In this document: piece after piece, positions 42,150 to 52,749 of the stretch
Numbering within the stretch: position 1 is the first letter of the stretch
Layout of the letters: every line of letters begins with the position of its first letter
Assembly (NCBI GenBank): GCA_038231275.1
Contig: JBBRLQ010000001.1
Location: 416,001-480,000 of the forward strand
From: Polyangiales bacterium
Lineage (GTDB): Bacteria > Myxococcota_A > Polyangia > Polyangiales > Polyangiaceae
Length of the DNA: 64,000 nt
Direction of reading: 5' to 3'
The notes under the pieces: model-generated
Seen by the model: the letters and a program-made list of their open reading frames with translations, nothing else
Told to the model about the DNA's origin: nothing
The model's database searches: none
Position numbers and translations under genes: made by a program

Positions 42150-43267
42150 CCGTTCCCTGCGCCGTCGCGTCGCGAGAGGATGCGCACGCCGACCTCTCCG
42201 TCGATCTCGACGAGCTCGCCGCGCGCGACCTCGACGCCGCCGACACGTAGCGTCACCGGCTCGGCGATCTTGGTGCCGAGCGCGAGCACGTCCCCTTTTC
42301 CGAGCGCCGCCCACTCTCGCGCGCGCAGCTCCGCGGCGCCGATCTCGACGCGCACGACCACGGGCACGTCGCCCAGCGCCTGCCCCAGTGCCTCGTTCGT
42401 CGTCTGATCTTCTTGCATGGAGAGCTCCACCCCATCGCCAACTAGCACGAGCTGGCCGTCCTCGCCGAGGTCCGCTCGCACGCCGACGTCGGCGGCCGGG
42501 GCGGCGAGGATGACGCTGCCGCGCAGATGCCCGGGCGCGCCGAGGGCCCATCCGCCGGGCAGCCAAGCGTCCCCGACGCGCAGCGACGCCACGTCCGACG
42601 CTGCGGCGAGCGTGGCCGCGGCGACGATGGGCAGACGCAGCGGCGTGTCGCCGAGGAGCGCGAGCGACGCGACGGACCACGAGACCGGCGCCGCGCGAAG
42701 CGTCTGCGCGCGCGGGAGGGCGACGCGCGCGAGGAAGGCGTCGTCGTCCACGAGGACCGTGAACGACGCGACGAGCACGTCATGACCGAGGGAAACGGCG
42801 AGGGCCTTCGCGGCGCCCGCACCACGCACGAGCAGCGGCGTTCCCGCGTGGGCGCGCCGGGCCGCCGCGACCAGGATCGCCGCGACGCCGCCCGCCACGT
42901 GCTCACCGGGATCCCGCGCGCCGTCCACGATCGCGGGAGCCTTGCGCCGAAGCGCGCGTGCGCACAGCGCGGTGGCGAGCGCCGGCTCGATCTCGACGAG
43001 CGCGAGCTCCGCGGGGCGATCGGCCGGACCGAGCAAGACGCCGACGCCGCCACCCACCGCGCCGCTCGACGCCGTCACGCCGCGCAGCAGGATATCGACG
43101 CGCGCGGACAGGAGCTGCGCGAGCGCGCCGGCGAGCTCCGTCACGCGCACGAGGTCACGCGCCGCTCTCCGCAACCGGTGCGCCGCACGCGCGTCCGCTC
43201 GCGTCGTGGACGCGAGCGCGTGCCACGGATACGGCTGGACGCGCTCGGTGCGAGGGCCCGACGGCAT
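42146..43267 (-). CDS. SctQ/FliM-FliN family C-ring protein (SPOA domains)
   Basis: DVPVVVRVEIG...LGKGDVL...VARGELVEIDGEVGVRI C-terminal SPOA; upstream SPOA1-like LRVGDAWL. Confidence 0.85.
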   Translation of the reverse strand: MPSGPRTERVQPYPWHALASTTRADARAAHRLRRAARDLVRVTELAGALAQLLSARVDILLRGVTASSGAVGGGVGVLLGPADRPAELALVEIEPALATALCARALRRKAPAIVDGARDPGEHVAGGVAAILVAAARRAHAGTPLLVRGAGAAKALAVSLGHDVLVASFTVLVDDDAFLARVALPRAQTLRAAPVSWSVASLALLGDTPLRLPIVAAATLAAASDVASLRVGDAWLPGGWALGAPGHLRGSVILAAPAADVGVRADLGEDGQLVLVGDGVELSMQEDQTTNEALGQALGDVPVVVRVEIGAAELRAREWAALGKGDVLALGTKIAEPVTLRVGGVEVARGELVEIDGEVGVRILSRRDGAGNG

Positions 43268-43340
43268 GCTTCCTTGTCGCGCCCTGCGCCCGCCCGCGCA
43301 AGTGGCTTGGACGGCCGCGGTTCTGGTACCCTACCGCGTG

Positions 43341-44015
43341 ATGCGCCCTCGCCACGCCGCCGCCGTGCTCGCCGTGTCCTTCGCTGCGTTCGCCGCGCTC
43401 GCATCGTTCGCGCCTACGCCCGCGCGCGCCGATGACGCGAAGCCGATCACGAAGACCGAGACGAAGGCCGAAAAATCTCCGAAGGCGACCGCGAAGCCCT
43501 CGGGCGAGCCGGTCTTCGATCCCGACAACAAGACGGCGATCAGCAAGTACAACGACACGATCCTGAAGGGGAACGGTAAGTTCCTCGCCCGCGATTTCCC
43601 CGGCGCGCTCGACATCTACCGCAGCGCGATCCCGCTCGCCCCCAAGAACGCGCTCGGTCACACCATGATCGCCGAGACGCAGATCGCCGCCGGTAACCTC
43701 CCCGAGGCGGAGGCGTCGTTGTCGCAAGCCGAAGCGAACGCCGACGAGAAGAACGCGGGCCTCCGCGCGAAGGTCCTCTTCCTCCAGGCCGATCTGAAGG
43801 AGCGCCAGAAGCGCTGGGACGAGGCGAAGGCGGCGTGGACGGTCTACACCGACTACGTCGGCAAGCACGCCGGCGTGGGCTTCCCGCCGTCCGCCGCGAG
43901 CCGGATTCAGGCGATCGACGACATGCTCAAGCAAGAGAAGGCGTACGTCGCCGTGCGCGAGCGCATCGCCGCCGAGAAGAACCCGCCCCCGGCGACGACG
44001 CCCGCCAAGAAGTAG
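43341..44015 (+). CDS. Exported TPR-like protein
   Basis: Signal peptide ending ARA; TPR-like helices. Confidence 0.75.
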   Translation: MRPRHAAAVLAVSFAAFAALASFAPTPARADDAKPITKTETKAEKSPKATAKPSGEPVFDPDNKTAISKYNDTILKGNGKFLARDFPGALDIYRSAIPLAPKNALGHTMIAETQIAAGNLPEAEASLSQAEANADEKNAGLRAKVLFLQADLKERQKRWDEAKAAWTVYTDYVGKHAGVGFPPSAASRIQAIDDMLKQEKAYVAVRERIAAEKNPPPATTPAKK

Positions 44016-44049
44016 CGGCTCGCCTACCTCGCGACGCGAAAGGCCGATT

Positions 44050-47000
44050 TCAGAGCCCGAGTGCGACGTCGCGCTCGACGAGCGTGTCGGCGTCCTGCGT
44101 GAATTTCTGGAACTTGGCGTACTCGGCGCCGGGCTGGATTCGTCCCGCCGGGAGCTCGATGACGCGATCGAGCGTCACCGCGTGCCCGTGGACAGCGTCC
44201 TTCACGAGGACCACGCGATCGCCGTCCTTCGCCTCGCCGCCCGGCAACGACGCCGGCACGCGGATCGAGTCGGGGACCACGACGGTGAAGCGGATCTCTG
44301 CGTGCGACGCGCTGCCGAGGAGGAGCGGCGTCTGTCGGGTCGGGAGCGTGGCGAGCTGCGAGATGCGCATCGGAAAGAGCGCGCGGAGGACCAGGTTCTT
44401 GCCGCTCCGTCGCGCGAGCTCGGGCACGTCGAGTCGCGTCTTCACCACGAGCGGCTCGTTGAGATCCAGCTTGTTCTCGATCTTGAGCTCGCGGACACGC
44501 GCGCCCGGGACGTTGCGCGCGAGGAGCCGCGCCTCGACGAAGTCCTTCACCTGCGCCTCGGCGATCTTGTCGAAGACGTTGCGCATCGAGATGCCGAGCT
44601 TTCCGGTGAAGCTCTGCGACAGCTCCACGGTCGCCGAGCCGTCCTCGCGCAGATCGGCTCGCCCTTCGAAGAGAACACCATCGAGCGCGCCGGTGTTGCC
44701 GATGACCTCGGTAGGCGTCCCGCGTACGAGGCGGATCGCCGGTTGTCCGCGCATCTCCGCCGGCACGTAGCCATAGGGGGCGAATTTGTCGCGCACGGTC
44801 AGCCATCGCGCGCCGTGTTCGGTCGAGAGGCGCAGCGCCATACCGTCGTATTGCTCGACCTCGCTCATCGGTCCGAGCGGCGGCATCGCGAGGCGGCTCT
44901 TGACGAGGCCGATCTCGACGGGGATGCCGATTTGCCGCAAAAGATGCTCGAACGCGGCCTTTCGCGAACCGACGCGTCCGAGCACGACGCGGCGGCCGTC
45001 GGTCTCGGGACCGTCCTCGACGTGCTCGGTGACGAACTTGTAGACGGCGCGCGCGCGATCGTCGGTCTGTCCATCGGGGATGCCGCGCACGATCTCGAGC
45101 GCGCGCTTGTGCAGGCGCGGATCGAGCGGCGTCTCGTCCACCGCGACGTCGACGAGCCGCGCGACGGTGTCGCCGAGGCTGATGCCCCAGCCCACGCGAA
45201 CGCTCGGCAGGAACTCCACCTGCGGCACCGAGTCCGGTTCCTCGAGCACCGGCGGGCTCTCGTCGACGCGCCACCGGCGCTCCACGAAGGTCCCCTTGTC
45301 GCGCATCTGCGGCGTGCCCACCTGGCCGAGCGTCTCGAGCTGCACCGGCCGATCTTTGGGCGTGATGCAGATGAACTCGCTGCGCCAGTAGCCCTTGTCG
45401 GCCTCGCGGAAGAACCAATGAGGGCCGCGGTATCGCTTGCCGCGCTGCCCGTCGCCGCCCTGGATCGTGATGTGCTCGATCTCGATGTAGTCGCCGACGT
45501 CGAGGTGCGGCATCGTGATCGTGCCCTTGCCGGCGACCTGCTCGGGCTCGAGCACGGAGCCATTGGGCTTGATGACGCGAACGCGCAGGACGAGGCCGGC
45601 GGGAGGCGCCTGCTCGGCCTCTTTGTTGATGGCCTCTTGTGATTGAATCTTGAGGATCTCGTGCTCGAGCATCTCGCTCGAGCCGTCGGGGTGCACCCAG
45701 ATCGCGGAGTAGTCGAGGACGCGGGCGGCGTTGCCCTCCATGCGCTTGCCGCGCTTCTCCCAGGCCTCGAACTCGCGCACGACCGCGCGGCCGTCGATGC
45801 GGTAGGGCTCCAGGTTGGTCGCGCCGTCGAGGAGATCGATCGCGTCGTGGATCTCGCCGCCCTTGCCGCCGGCCAGGAGCGCGTCGGCGAGGGCGCGGCG
45901 GAGCGCGGCGAGATCTCCGCGAGCGTAGGCGCGATCGGCGAGGCGGAGGCGCGCGGCGGAGTCGGCGGGGTTCTTGGCGAGGGCCTTGTCGAGCTGCGCG
46001 GCGGCGGCGCTCGGATCGCCACCGCGCGCGAGGACGGCGGCGACACGCGCGGCGAGCTCTTTGCGGTCGGGGCGACGCTTCGCGAGACGCTGCAGCTCGG
46101 CGAGCGCGGCCTTCCAGTCGTGCCGCGCGAGCGCGCGATCGAGATCGTTCTCCGCGTCGGGATCGAGCTTCTTTACTCGCGCCGCGACGCGATCGGCGTC
46201 CTCGAGCGCGCCGTCCTCTTCGAGCGCGCCGAGGTGCATGCGCAGCGCGTTCACGTCGTCCGGAAAGCGCTGCGCGAGATCGGCGAGGGTGCGCATGCGC
46301 TCCGCGCGCCACCCGAGGCGACCGTACACACGGGCGAGCTGGATCGCGATCTCCGGCTCGGCCGGGAACTCGGCGACGAGCTTGCGGAGCGGCTCCACGG
46401 CTTCGATCGCGCCGCGCTGCTCGGCCTCGTCGAGGACGAGCCACGTGCGCGAGTACCAGAGGCGCGGATCCTTCCTCGCCGCGCGCGCGTGCAGATCGCG
46501 CTCGGTGCGCTGGCGCAGCTCCTCGGGGAGCGCGGCGTCGGCGCGCGCGTAGCCGGCACCAAGCGTGAGCGCGAGGGGCCCCGCGTCCTCAGGTGCCGTG
46601 ATCGGCTCGACGAGGACCGCGGCGACGTCGCTCAGCGACTCGATGTACGCCGCGTACGACGCGAGCGCCGCGGCGAGGGGCGACGACGCGCGGCCCGCGG
46701 TGACGAACGCGTCGATGGGGTTCGGATCGGAGAGCACCTGAGGCGGCACGAGCGAGTAGGCGCGCGACGCGTCGACGTCGGTGTGGACGGGTGCGGGCGT
46801 CCCGTCGCTGCCGACGACGCGGACGCTCGCAGAGTCGGCGAGCACGCGCGCGAGGACGCGGTGACGGCCCTCCGGAAGACGCACGCGGACGCCGAATTTC
46901 TGCCAGATCCCCCACGTGCGGAGATCGCGGTCGAGGACCGGCGCGTCGTCGATCCACACCTTCACGGCGCCTTGCACAGCGACGATCACGTCCGCGGCCT

Positions 47001-47811
47001 GGTCGGCGGTCACGAACGTCTCGACGTAGTACACGCCGTCCTCGCCGCGCTCGGTGCTGGCGGCGAGGCAGCGGTGCTGCTCGGTCTTGAGGACGTGCGG
47101 CGCGGTGCCACGTGTCGGCTCGGCGGCCCACGCGACGGGCCACGGACCCGGACGCTCGGCTGGAAATTCGGTGCGGCGGTCGGCGGCGCTTCCCTTGCCG
47201 AACGGCCCAGCGATTCGGAGCTTCGTCGCGCAGCCCATCTTCGTCGTGACGAGCGCGTCGTACGCGTCGCCGGTGATCGCGGCGGAGTCGAGCGCCTCCG
47301 CGATGCTCCACTCGGTGAGCTCGGCGACCGTACGCCAGCCGATCGCGCCGGGAGATCGCATCAAGCGATCGACGCGCTCGCGGACGCGCGGGTAGAGGCC
47401 ATGGACCGAGCCACGGAGGCCGAGGACGTGGTGCGACGAGAACCACGCGACGAGCGGCGCGAGCGGATCCTGGCTTCCGCGCGCGGCCTCGAGCGCGGCG
47501 AGGTATCCGTCGGCGGCGCCGCGCGGATCGCCGTGCGCCTCGTCGTAGAGCGCCTGCCCGAGCGACGCGTAGAGACCACGCTTCCCCTCGAGCGCCTTCC
47601 GCGCGCTCGCGGCCTGCTGCGCGTCACCGCCCGGCGCGAGCATCTCGGCGAGCGCCCACTTTCCGGCGTCGTCGGCGTTGCCTCCGCGTCCACGCTCGCG
47701 CGCGTCCGCGAGCGTCGCCGGAGCCGCCCCGCCCGAGACCGATCCGCCGCACGCCGGCGCGAAGATCGAGAGCCCGAGAAAAAGGACCGGAGCGAGCTTG
47801 GTCATTTTCAT
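44050..47811 (-). CDS. Large TPR/DUF3857 lipoprotein with non-catalytic transglutaminase-like domain
   Basis: APAC lipobox; TPRs; VHPDGS...LDVGDYIE DUF3857; no catalytic Cys at the expected position. Confidence 0.8.
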   Translation of the reverse strand: MKMTKLAPVLFLGLSIFAPACGGSVSGGAAPATLADARERGRGGNADDAGKWALAEMLAPGGDAQQAASARKALEGKRGLYASLGQALYDEAHGDPRGAADGYLAALEAARGSQDPLAPLVAWFSSHHVLGLRGSVHGLYPRVRERVDRLMRSPGAIGWRTVAELTEWSIAEALDSAAITGDAYDALVTTKMGCATKLRIAGPFGKGSAADRRTEFPAERPGPWPVAWAAEPTRGTAPHVLKTEQHRCLAASTERGEDGVYYVETFVTADQAADVIVAVQGAVKVWIDDAPVLDRDLRTWGIWQKFGVRVRLPEGRHRVLARVLADSASVRVVGSDGTPAPVHTDVDASRAYSLVPPQVLSDPNPIDAFVTAGRASSPLAAALASYAAYIESLSDVAAVLVEPITAPEDAGPLALTLGAGYARADAALPEELRQRTERDLHARAARKDPRLWYSRTWLVLDEAEQRGAIEAVEPLRKLVAEFPAEPEIAIQLARVYGRLGWRAERMRTLADLAQRFPDDVNALRMHLGALEEDGALEDADRVAARVKKLDPDAENDLDRALARHDWKAALAELQRLAKRRPDRKELAARVAAVLARGGDPSAAAAQLDKALAKNPADSAARLRLADRAYARGDLAALRRALADALLAGGKGGEIHDAIDLLDGATNLEPYRIDGRAVVREFEAWEKRGKRMEGNAARVLDYSAIWVHPDGSSEMLEHEILKIQSQEAINKEAEQAPPAGLVLRVRVIKPNGSVLEPEQVAGKGTITMPHLDVGDYIEIEHITIQGGDGQRGKRYRGPHWFFREADKGYWRSEFICITPKDRPVQLETLGQVGTPQMRDKGTFVERRWRVDESPPVLEEPDSVPQVEFLPSVRVGWGISLGDTVARLVDVAVDETPLDPRLHKRALEIVRGIPDGQTDDRARAVYKFVTEHVEDGPETDGRRVVLGRVGSRKAAFEHLLRQIGIPVEIGLVKSRLAMPPLGPMSEVEQYDGMALRLSTEHGARWLTVRDKFAPYGYVPAEMRGQPAIRLVRGTPTEVIGNTGALDGVLFEGRADLREDGSATVELSQSFTGKLGISMRNVFDKIAEAQVKDFVEARLLARNVPGARVRELKIENKLDLNEPLVVKTRLDVPELARRSGKNLVLRALFPMRISQLATLPTRQTPLLLGSASHAEIRFTVVVPDSIRVPASLPGGEAKDGDRVVLVKDAVHGHAVTLDRVIELPAGRIQPGAEYAKFQKFTQDADTLVERDVALGL

Positions 47812-50800
47812 TTCGACGTGAACACCACGCGCTGTCCGAGCGCGCGATCGGCGGCCTCGCACCACGCCCGGAACGCGCCGTATTCGGCCGCGGGGATGCG
47901 CGTCTTGGTCATCGCGATGGTCGTCTTCACGCGCACCGTCGCGCCGCTCTCGACCTCCACCTTGAGGGTCCCGTAGGGGCTCGTCTCGTTCGCGGCGTGC
48001 GGCGCGGTGACGACGCGCGTGCCCGGCGGGAGGCGTACGTTCCACTCCGACTCGCTCGTCGTCTGCGCGGCGAGCTTGAGATCGAGCCGCCTCCGCGAGA
48101 GCGCCGCGAAGTCGCGGACCATGTGCTCGCTCGGCCCGACAGGCGCGCTCCATGTGTCGGCGTCGCGCCGCGCGAGCTGCGGGGTCTTGCCCTTCACGCG
48201 GAGGCTCACCTTCTGCTCGACGTCCTCGAAGTTCCCCGCCGTCGCGTCGGCGATCTCGAGCCCCGCGAACTCCGCGCTCAGATCCTCTTGAAGCCTCGTG
48301 CGCCTGGTCGCGTCCGCGTGGTACCGCTGCCGCCACGCGCTGGCGCTCACGCCGCCGACGTCGATCTTGAGGTCCACCTGCGCGGACCCGTCGGCGCCGA
48401 GTGTCACGTCGTTCTTGCGCGCCAGCACGCTCTCGCTCGCGGGCGGATCGGGCAGGTGAATGAGCTTCGTCTTCCCCTCGTTGATCTGCATGGCGAGCGC
48501 GCCGCGATCCATCGACGGCAGCTCGGTGGAGCCCGTGTATTCGGCGGTCCCGTCGAGGTAGAGATCGAGCGACGGCACGTACGCGATCGCGTGATCGAAC
48601 GGCGCGAGGCTCGCCGGCTCGGTGCCGAAGTCGCCGCGGTGCCCGGTGCGCACGATCACGATCGTCGACGGGATGCCGAGCTCCTTCAGCATGGTGACGA
48701 TGAGCGTCGCCTTGTCTTTGCAGTCGCCGAAGCCGCGCGCGAAGATCTGCGCGCAGCGGTACGGCTTGAAGCCGTAGATCCCGAACTCGAGCGCGACGTA
48801 CCGCGTCTTCTGGACGACGTAATCGTAGACCGCGCGGACCTTGTCCTTCTCGGTCGTGAGGCCCTTGGTGATCTCCGTCACGCGCCGCCGCACCTCGTCG
48901 TCCGCGACGAACTGGTCCTTCACGAGGCCCCAGTACCAGCGTCCGACGTCTTCCCACGTCTTGTACGTCGACACGTGCACGTGCCCCAAGAGCTCGCCGA
49001 ACGGCGGCGCGATCGCCTCGGGCTCGATCGCCGGCACGTCCTTCGCGACGTAGTGGTAGATGCGCGCGTCCGGCGTCTCTTCGACCGTGCGCGTGAGGTT
49101 CGGGACGTTCGGTGTGTTGAAGTAGAAGGTGCGCGCCTTCGGCGTGATGAGCACGTACTCGGCGCGCGCGACCCTCTCCGTCGATTGGAGGTACGCGACC
49201 TCTCCGAAATAGTCGGCGAACGCGTTGCGCGGCGCGACGTCCTCGACGCGGTACTGCAGCTCGACGACGTCACCGGGCGACAGGCGCGGAAAGCGCACGA
49301 AATAGGCGCGCGCGCTGGTGTACGTGGCGATCTGAGGATTGTCGGCGGGGCCGTCGCCGGTCTCGACCGCTTCGTCGATCTTGCCGCCCGGGCGGTACAC
49401 GTGCGCGCCTCGCAGCTGGACGGTCTCGCTGTCGGCTTGAAACCCGAACGCGTACTCGCGCGCCTCGCTCGCCGCCGCGTCGGTGAGCGGCTGGAAGACG
49501 ATCTGATGAAACCGGCTCGCGAGGCCGTTCGGGAAGACCGTGGTCACTTGGAGATCGACGAGCGTGCGCCGCGCTTGCCCGCCGGCCGCGGCGTCTCGCG
49601 CCTTCAGGAACTCGGCCGGCGGCCGCGCGTACGCCTCGTCGGGCCGCGCGCGCGTCGGCTGGGTGTGGGCGACGAACTCGCGTACGTCCTTTTCTTGCGG
49701 CTTCAGCTCCAGCACGCGACGAAGGAGCTTCAGCTGCTCGTCGCCCTGCCCGCCCACCGCGTAGACCTCTGCGAGCGCGCGCATCGAGTCGGTGTCCTCG
49801 GGTGCGAGATCGAGCGCGCGCCGGTACATCGCGATCCCTGCCGGGCGATCGCCGAGCGAGACGAGCGCGCGCGCGGCGGTGGCGAGCGACGACGCGCTGT
49901 CGGGGCTCGTCGCGAGCAAGCGATCGATCCACCGCGCGGCGCCTGGCTTGTCGCGCCGCGCGATCGCCAGATCCAGCTGCGCGTTCAGGAACCCGACGTC
50001 GTCGAAGCGCAGGTTCGCGTAGCGCTCCTGGATCTCGTCGGCCTCGGTCGTGCGCTCCTGCTCGTGCAGCGCCGCCACCATCGCGCGCAGCAGCGCGACG
50101 CTTCGCGGACGGCGGGCCAGCGCGCGCTCCAGGATCCCGAGCGCCGTCTCGCGCAGCCCCGCCTCGCCGTAGAGCTCCACCCGCGCGAGGGTCGCCGTCA
50201 CGTTGTCGGGATCGAGCGCCAGCACGCGATCGAAGAACGGGATCGCGTCGCGCCAGTTGGCGCCGGTGCGCGCGTGGCTGGCCCGCGCGAGGAGCACGTC
50301 GATCTTCTCGGCATTCGTCGCGCCCTTCGCCGCGAGCGCCTCCGCCTTCTCGATCCAGATCGCGCGCTGATTTCGCCCTTCGGCCAGCTCGCCCGCGAGG
50401 AGCAGCCGCGCGACGGTCGGGGCCTTCTCCGCCGCCCCACGCGCGAGCTCCCGCGCCTTGTTCTCCGTTCCGTCGTCGCTCTGCGTGAGGACGAGGTACC
50501 GCGCGAATGCCTCGAGCGTCGCCGCGTCGCCCGCCTTTGCGAGCCGCTCGAACGCCGGGATCGGCCCGTCGAGCGGCGCGGCCGCCGGCTTGGCGTCCCC
50601 TTTCTTGAACCGTTGCGCCGCGGCCTCGCCGGAGTGGGACGGATCGGGATCGGACTCGATCGTCGGATCGGGCGCGCCGTTCTCGCCGGCGAGTCGCAGC
50701 GCGAGGAGGGGCGCCTCGTCGTCGCCGCAGACCTTCGCCTGAAGGCGGTTGTATCCTGCACGCATCGTCACGCGCGCGCCGAACCGCTCGGCGTCGAGGT

Positions 50801-51521
50801 CGCGGTACTTGTCGTCCCTCAGCACCTCCTCGCCGTTCCAGGTGACCTTCATCGCGCCGGCGCTGCCCGCCCACAGCGAAATCGTGCGCGGCGCGACCTT
50901 CGGGCCGCGCGTGTCGTGCACGAACGTCGTCACGAACGCGCACACCTTCGCCGTCGGGCGGAGGAGGACGCCGAAGTCCGTCCAGCCGTAGGGAGACGCG
51001 CCGGTGACGAGGCGGAAGCGGACCGGACGCTCCTTGCCCTCGTACGTGCGCGCGAGGTTCACGACCTCGGTGGCGTCGGCTTCAGGGCCGAACGTTCGCC
51101 CGAGGCCGGCCTTGCCTTCGTTGTCGAACGGACCGGCGACGAGCCATCGTCCGACGTAGCCGAGGCGCGAGACTCGGGCGCGCGCGCCGTCGAGATCGCC
51201 GCGCCTCCGCCGCGCGTACGCCTCGAGGAGCCCCGCGTACGCTTTCGCCGGCGCGCCGAGGCGAGGCTCGTCGGCGAGTCCCCGGAGGAGCTCCTCGACC
51301 TCCGCGGGATCCCCTTGGTCCCATTCGAGCCACAACCGGCGCATCGCCGCGTACGCCTCCGGTCCGCGCGCCCGCTCGACGTCGCCGCGGAGCTTCGAGA
51401 GGCGCGCGAACCGGTCGCTCATCTCCGCGCGCGCGTCCCCGAGGACGCCCGTGGCCAGGCCGATCACCACACTGACCACCGCGACGAGACGCGGAACCGG
51501 ACGGGTTAACCTCACCCTCAC
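47808..51521 (-). CDS. Large TPR/DUF3857 protein with active transglutaminase-like domain (start uncertain)
   Basis: WLVAGPFDN, TPRs, LSPGDVVE, RGFGDCKDKA, FDHAIAY, YLDGT. Confidence 0.88.
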   Translation of the reverse strand: MRVRLTRPVPRLVAVVSVVIGLATGVLGDARAEMSDRFARLSKLRGDVERARGPEAYAAMRRLWLEWDQGDPAEVEELLRGLADEPRLGAPAKAYAGLLEAYARRRRGDLDGARARVSRLGYVGRWLVAGPFDNEGKAGLGRTFGPEADATEVVNLARTYEGKERPVRFRLVTGASPYGWTDFGVLLRPTAKVCAFVTTFVHDTRGPKVAPRTISLWAGSAGAMKVTWNGEEVLRDDKYRDLDAERFGARVTMRAGYNRLQAKVCGDDEAPLLALRLAGENGAPDPTIESDPDPSHSGEAAAQRFKKGDAKPAAAPLDGPIPAFERLAKAGDAATLEAFARYLVLTQSDDGTENKARELARGAAEKAPTVARLLLAGELAEGRNQRAIWIEKAEALAAKGATNAEKIDVLLARASHARTGANWRDAIPFFDRVLALDPDNVTATLARVELYGEAGLRETALGILERALARRPRSVALLRAMVAALHEQERTTEADEIQERYANLRFDDVGFLNAQLDLAIARRDKPGAARWIDRLLATSPDSASSLATAARALVSLGDRPAGIAMYRRALDLAPEDTDSMRALAEVYAVGGQGDEQLKLLRRVLELKPQEKDVREFVAHTQPTRARPDEAYARPPAEFLKARDAAAGGQARRTLVDLQVTTVFPNGLASRFHQIVFQPLTDAAASEAREYAFGFQADSETVQLRGAHVYRPGGKIDEAVETGDGPADNPQIATYTSARAYFVRFPRLSPGDVVELQYRVEDVAPRNAFADYFGEVAYLQSTERVARAEYVLITPKARTFYFNTPNVPNLTRTVEETPDARIYHYVAKDVPAIEPEAIAPPFGELLGHVHVSTYKTWEDVGRWYWGLVKDQFVADDEVRRRVTEITKGLTTEKDKVRAVYDYVVQKTRYVALEFGIYGFKPYRCAQIFARGFGDCKDKATLIVTMLKELGIPSTIVIVRTGHRGDFGTEPASLAPFDHAIAYVPSLDLYLDGTAEYTGSTELPSMDRGALAMQINEGKTKLIHLPDPPASESVLARKNDVTLGADGSAQVDLKIDVGGVSASAWRQRYHADATRRTRLQEDLSAEFAGLEIADATAGNFEDVEQKVSLRVKGKTPQLARRDADTWSAPVGPSEHMVRDFAALSRRRLDLKLAAQTTSESEWNVRLPPGTRVVTAPHAANETSPYGTLKVEVESGATVRVKTTIAMTKTRIPAAEYGAFRAWCEAADRALGQRVVFTSK

Positions 51522-51618
51522 GTTGTCGGAGACCGTGGCGGGTCCGTCAAGGGGCGCTTTCTGGAAGATGGCTCCGCGCTTGGCCGTTTGTCCGAGAGCG
51601 GCGAAACTGGTCCCACCG

Positions 51619-52590
51619 ATGAGCCTTTCCCCTGTCATTGACGAGGCACACCGGCCTAAAGTGCGCTGGTCGATGCTCGGTGGCCTCGTCAAGACCGTTC
51701 GCCCGCACCAATGGGTCAAGAACCTGTTCGTGATGGCGCCGATGTTCTTTCACAAGGACCTCGTCACCAAGATCAACGGCACCGATTTCCTGAACATTCC
51801 CGTCGTCGGCCGGTCCTTGGTCGCGACCGGCGTGTTCTGCCTCCTGGCGGGCGCGGTCTACACCATCAACGACCTCGTCGACGTCGAGGCCGATCGCGTC
51901 CACCCGGTGAAGCGGGAGCGCCCCATCGCCAGCGGCCAGGTGTCGGAGAGCGGCGCGCGCGCCATGGCGATCGCGCTCGTCGTCGTGTCGCTGGGCCTCG
52001 CGTACCTGCTCGACTGGCGCTTCGGCGCGGTCGCGTTCGTCTACTTCGTGGAGAACCTCGCCTACTCGTTCAAGCTGAAGAAGATCGCCTACCTCGACGT
52101 CGGCCTCATCGCGTTCGGCTTCGTCTTGCGCGTCATGGCCGGCGGCTACGCGACGAACGTGACGGTCAGCGGCTACATGCTCGCCTGCACCGCGGGCATC
52201 GCGCTCTTCCTCGGCTTCGGCAAGCGCCGCCACGAGCTCGCGAGCGAGAACGCGGGCAAGCAGCGCTCGGCGCTCGAGGCCTACAGCCCGGCCGCTCTCA
52301 ACGTCGCGCTCGCCGTTACGGGCGCCGCGACCACCGTGACCTACGTCGCCTACACGCTCGACGCCGCGACGCGCGCGTTCTTCAACACGAACTACCTTTG
52401 GCTGACGGCGCCGTTCGTCGTCTTCGGGATCGTGCGCTTCCTCTTCCTCGTCTCGGGGCGCGCCGGGAGAGGCCTCAAGGCCGAGTCGCCGACGCAAGAG
52501 ATGCTCCGCGACGTTCCGCTCGTCCTTAGCGTCGTCCTTTGGATCATCGTCGTCCTCGTCATCGTGTACCGCCTGCGGCCGAGCCCTTGA
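51619..52590 (+). CDS. UbiA-family prenyltransferase (decaprenyl-phosphate phosphoribosyltransferase-like)
   Basis: RPHQWVKN, NDLVDVEADRVHPVKRERPIASG, GKRRHE. Confidence 0.9.
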   Translation: MSLSPVIDEAHRPKVRWSMLGGLVKTVRPHQWVKNLFVMAPMFFHKDLVTKINGTDFLNIPVVGRSLVATGVFCLLAGAVYTINDLVDVEADRVHPVKRERPIASGQVSESGARAMAIALVVVSLGLAYLLDWRFGAVAFVYFVENLAYSFKLKKIAYLDVGLIAFGFVLRVMAGGYATNVTVSGYMLACTAGIALFLGFGKRRHELASENAGKQRSALEAYSPAALNVALAVTGAATTVTYVAYTLDAATRAFFNTNYLWLTAPFVVFGIVRFLFLVSGRAGRGLKAESPTQEMLRDVPLVLSVVLWIIVVLVIVYRLRPSP

Positions 52591-52664
52591 GTGGAGCGAA
52601 GCGCAGCGGAGCGAAGCTCTCTTGACGGGAAAGGCCTGACGGGCTTTTCCGGTCAGGCCTCGAG
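52588..52664 (+). repeat. Dispersed hairpin repeat, full copy 5 (begins at stop codon)
   Basis: TGAGTGGAGCGAAGCGCAGCGGAGCGAAG...AGGCCTGACGGG-CTTTT-CCGGTCAGGCCT-CGAG. Confidence 0.9.
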
Positions 52665-52749
52665 CGACCGCGGCGGCGGGAATAGGGCTGGACGTTCGCG
52701 CGCTCACCTGTCGACGGGTATGCTCGATCGGAGCGAGGCGTAAAGACGA

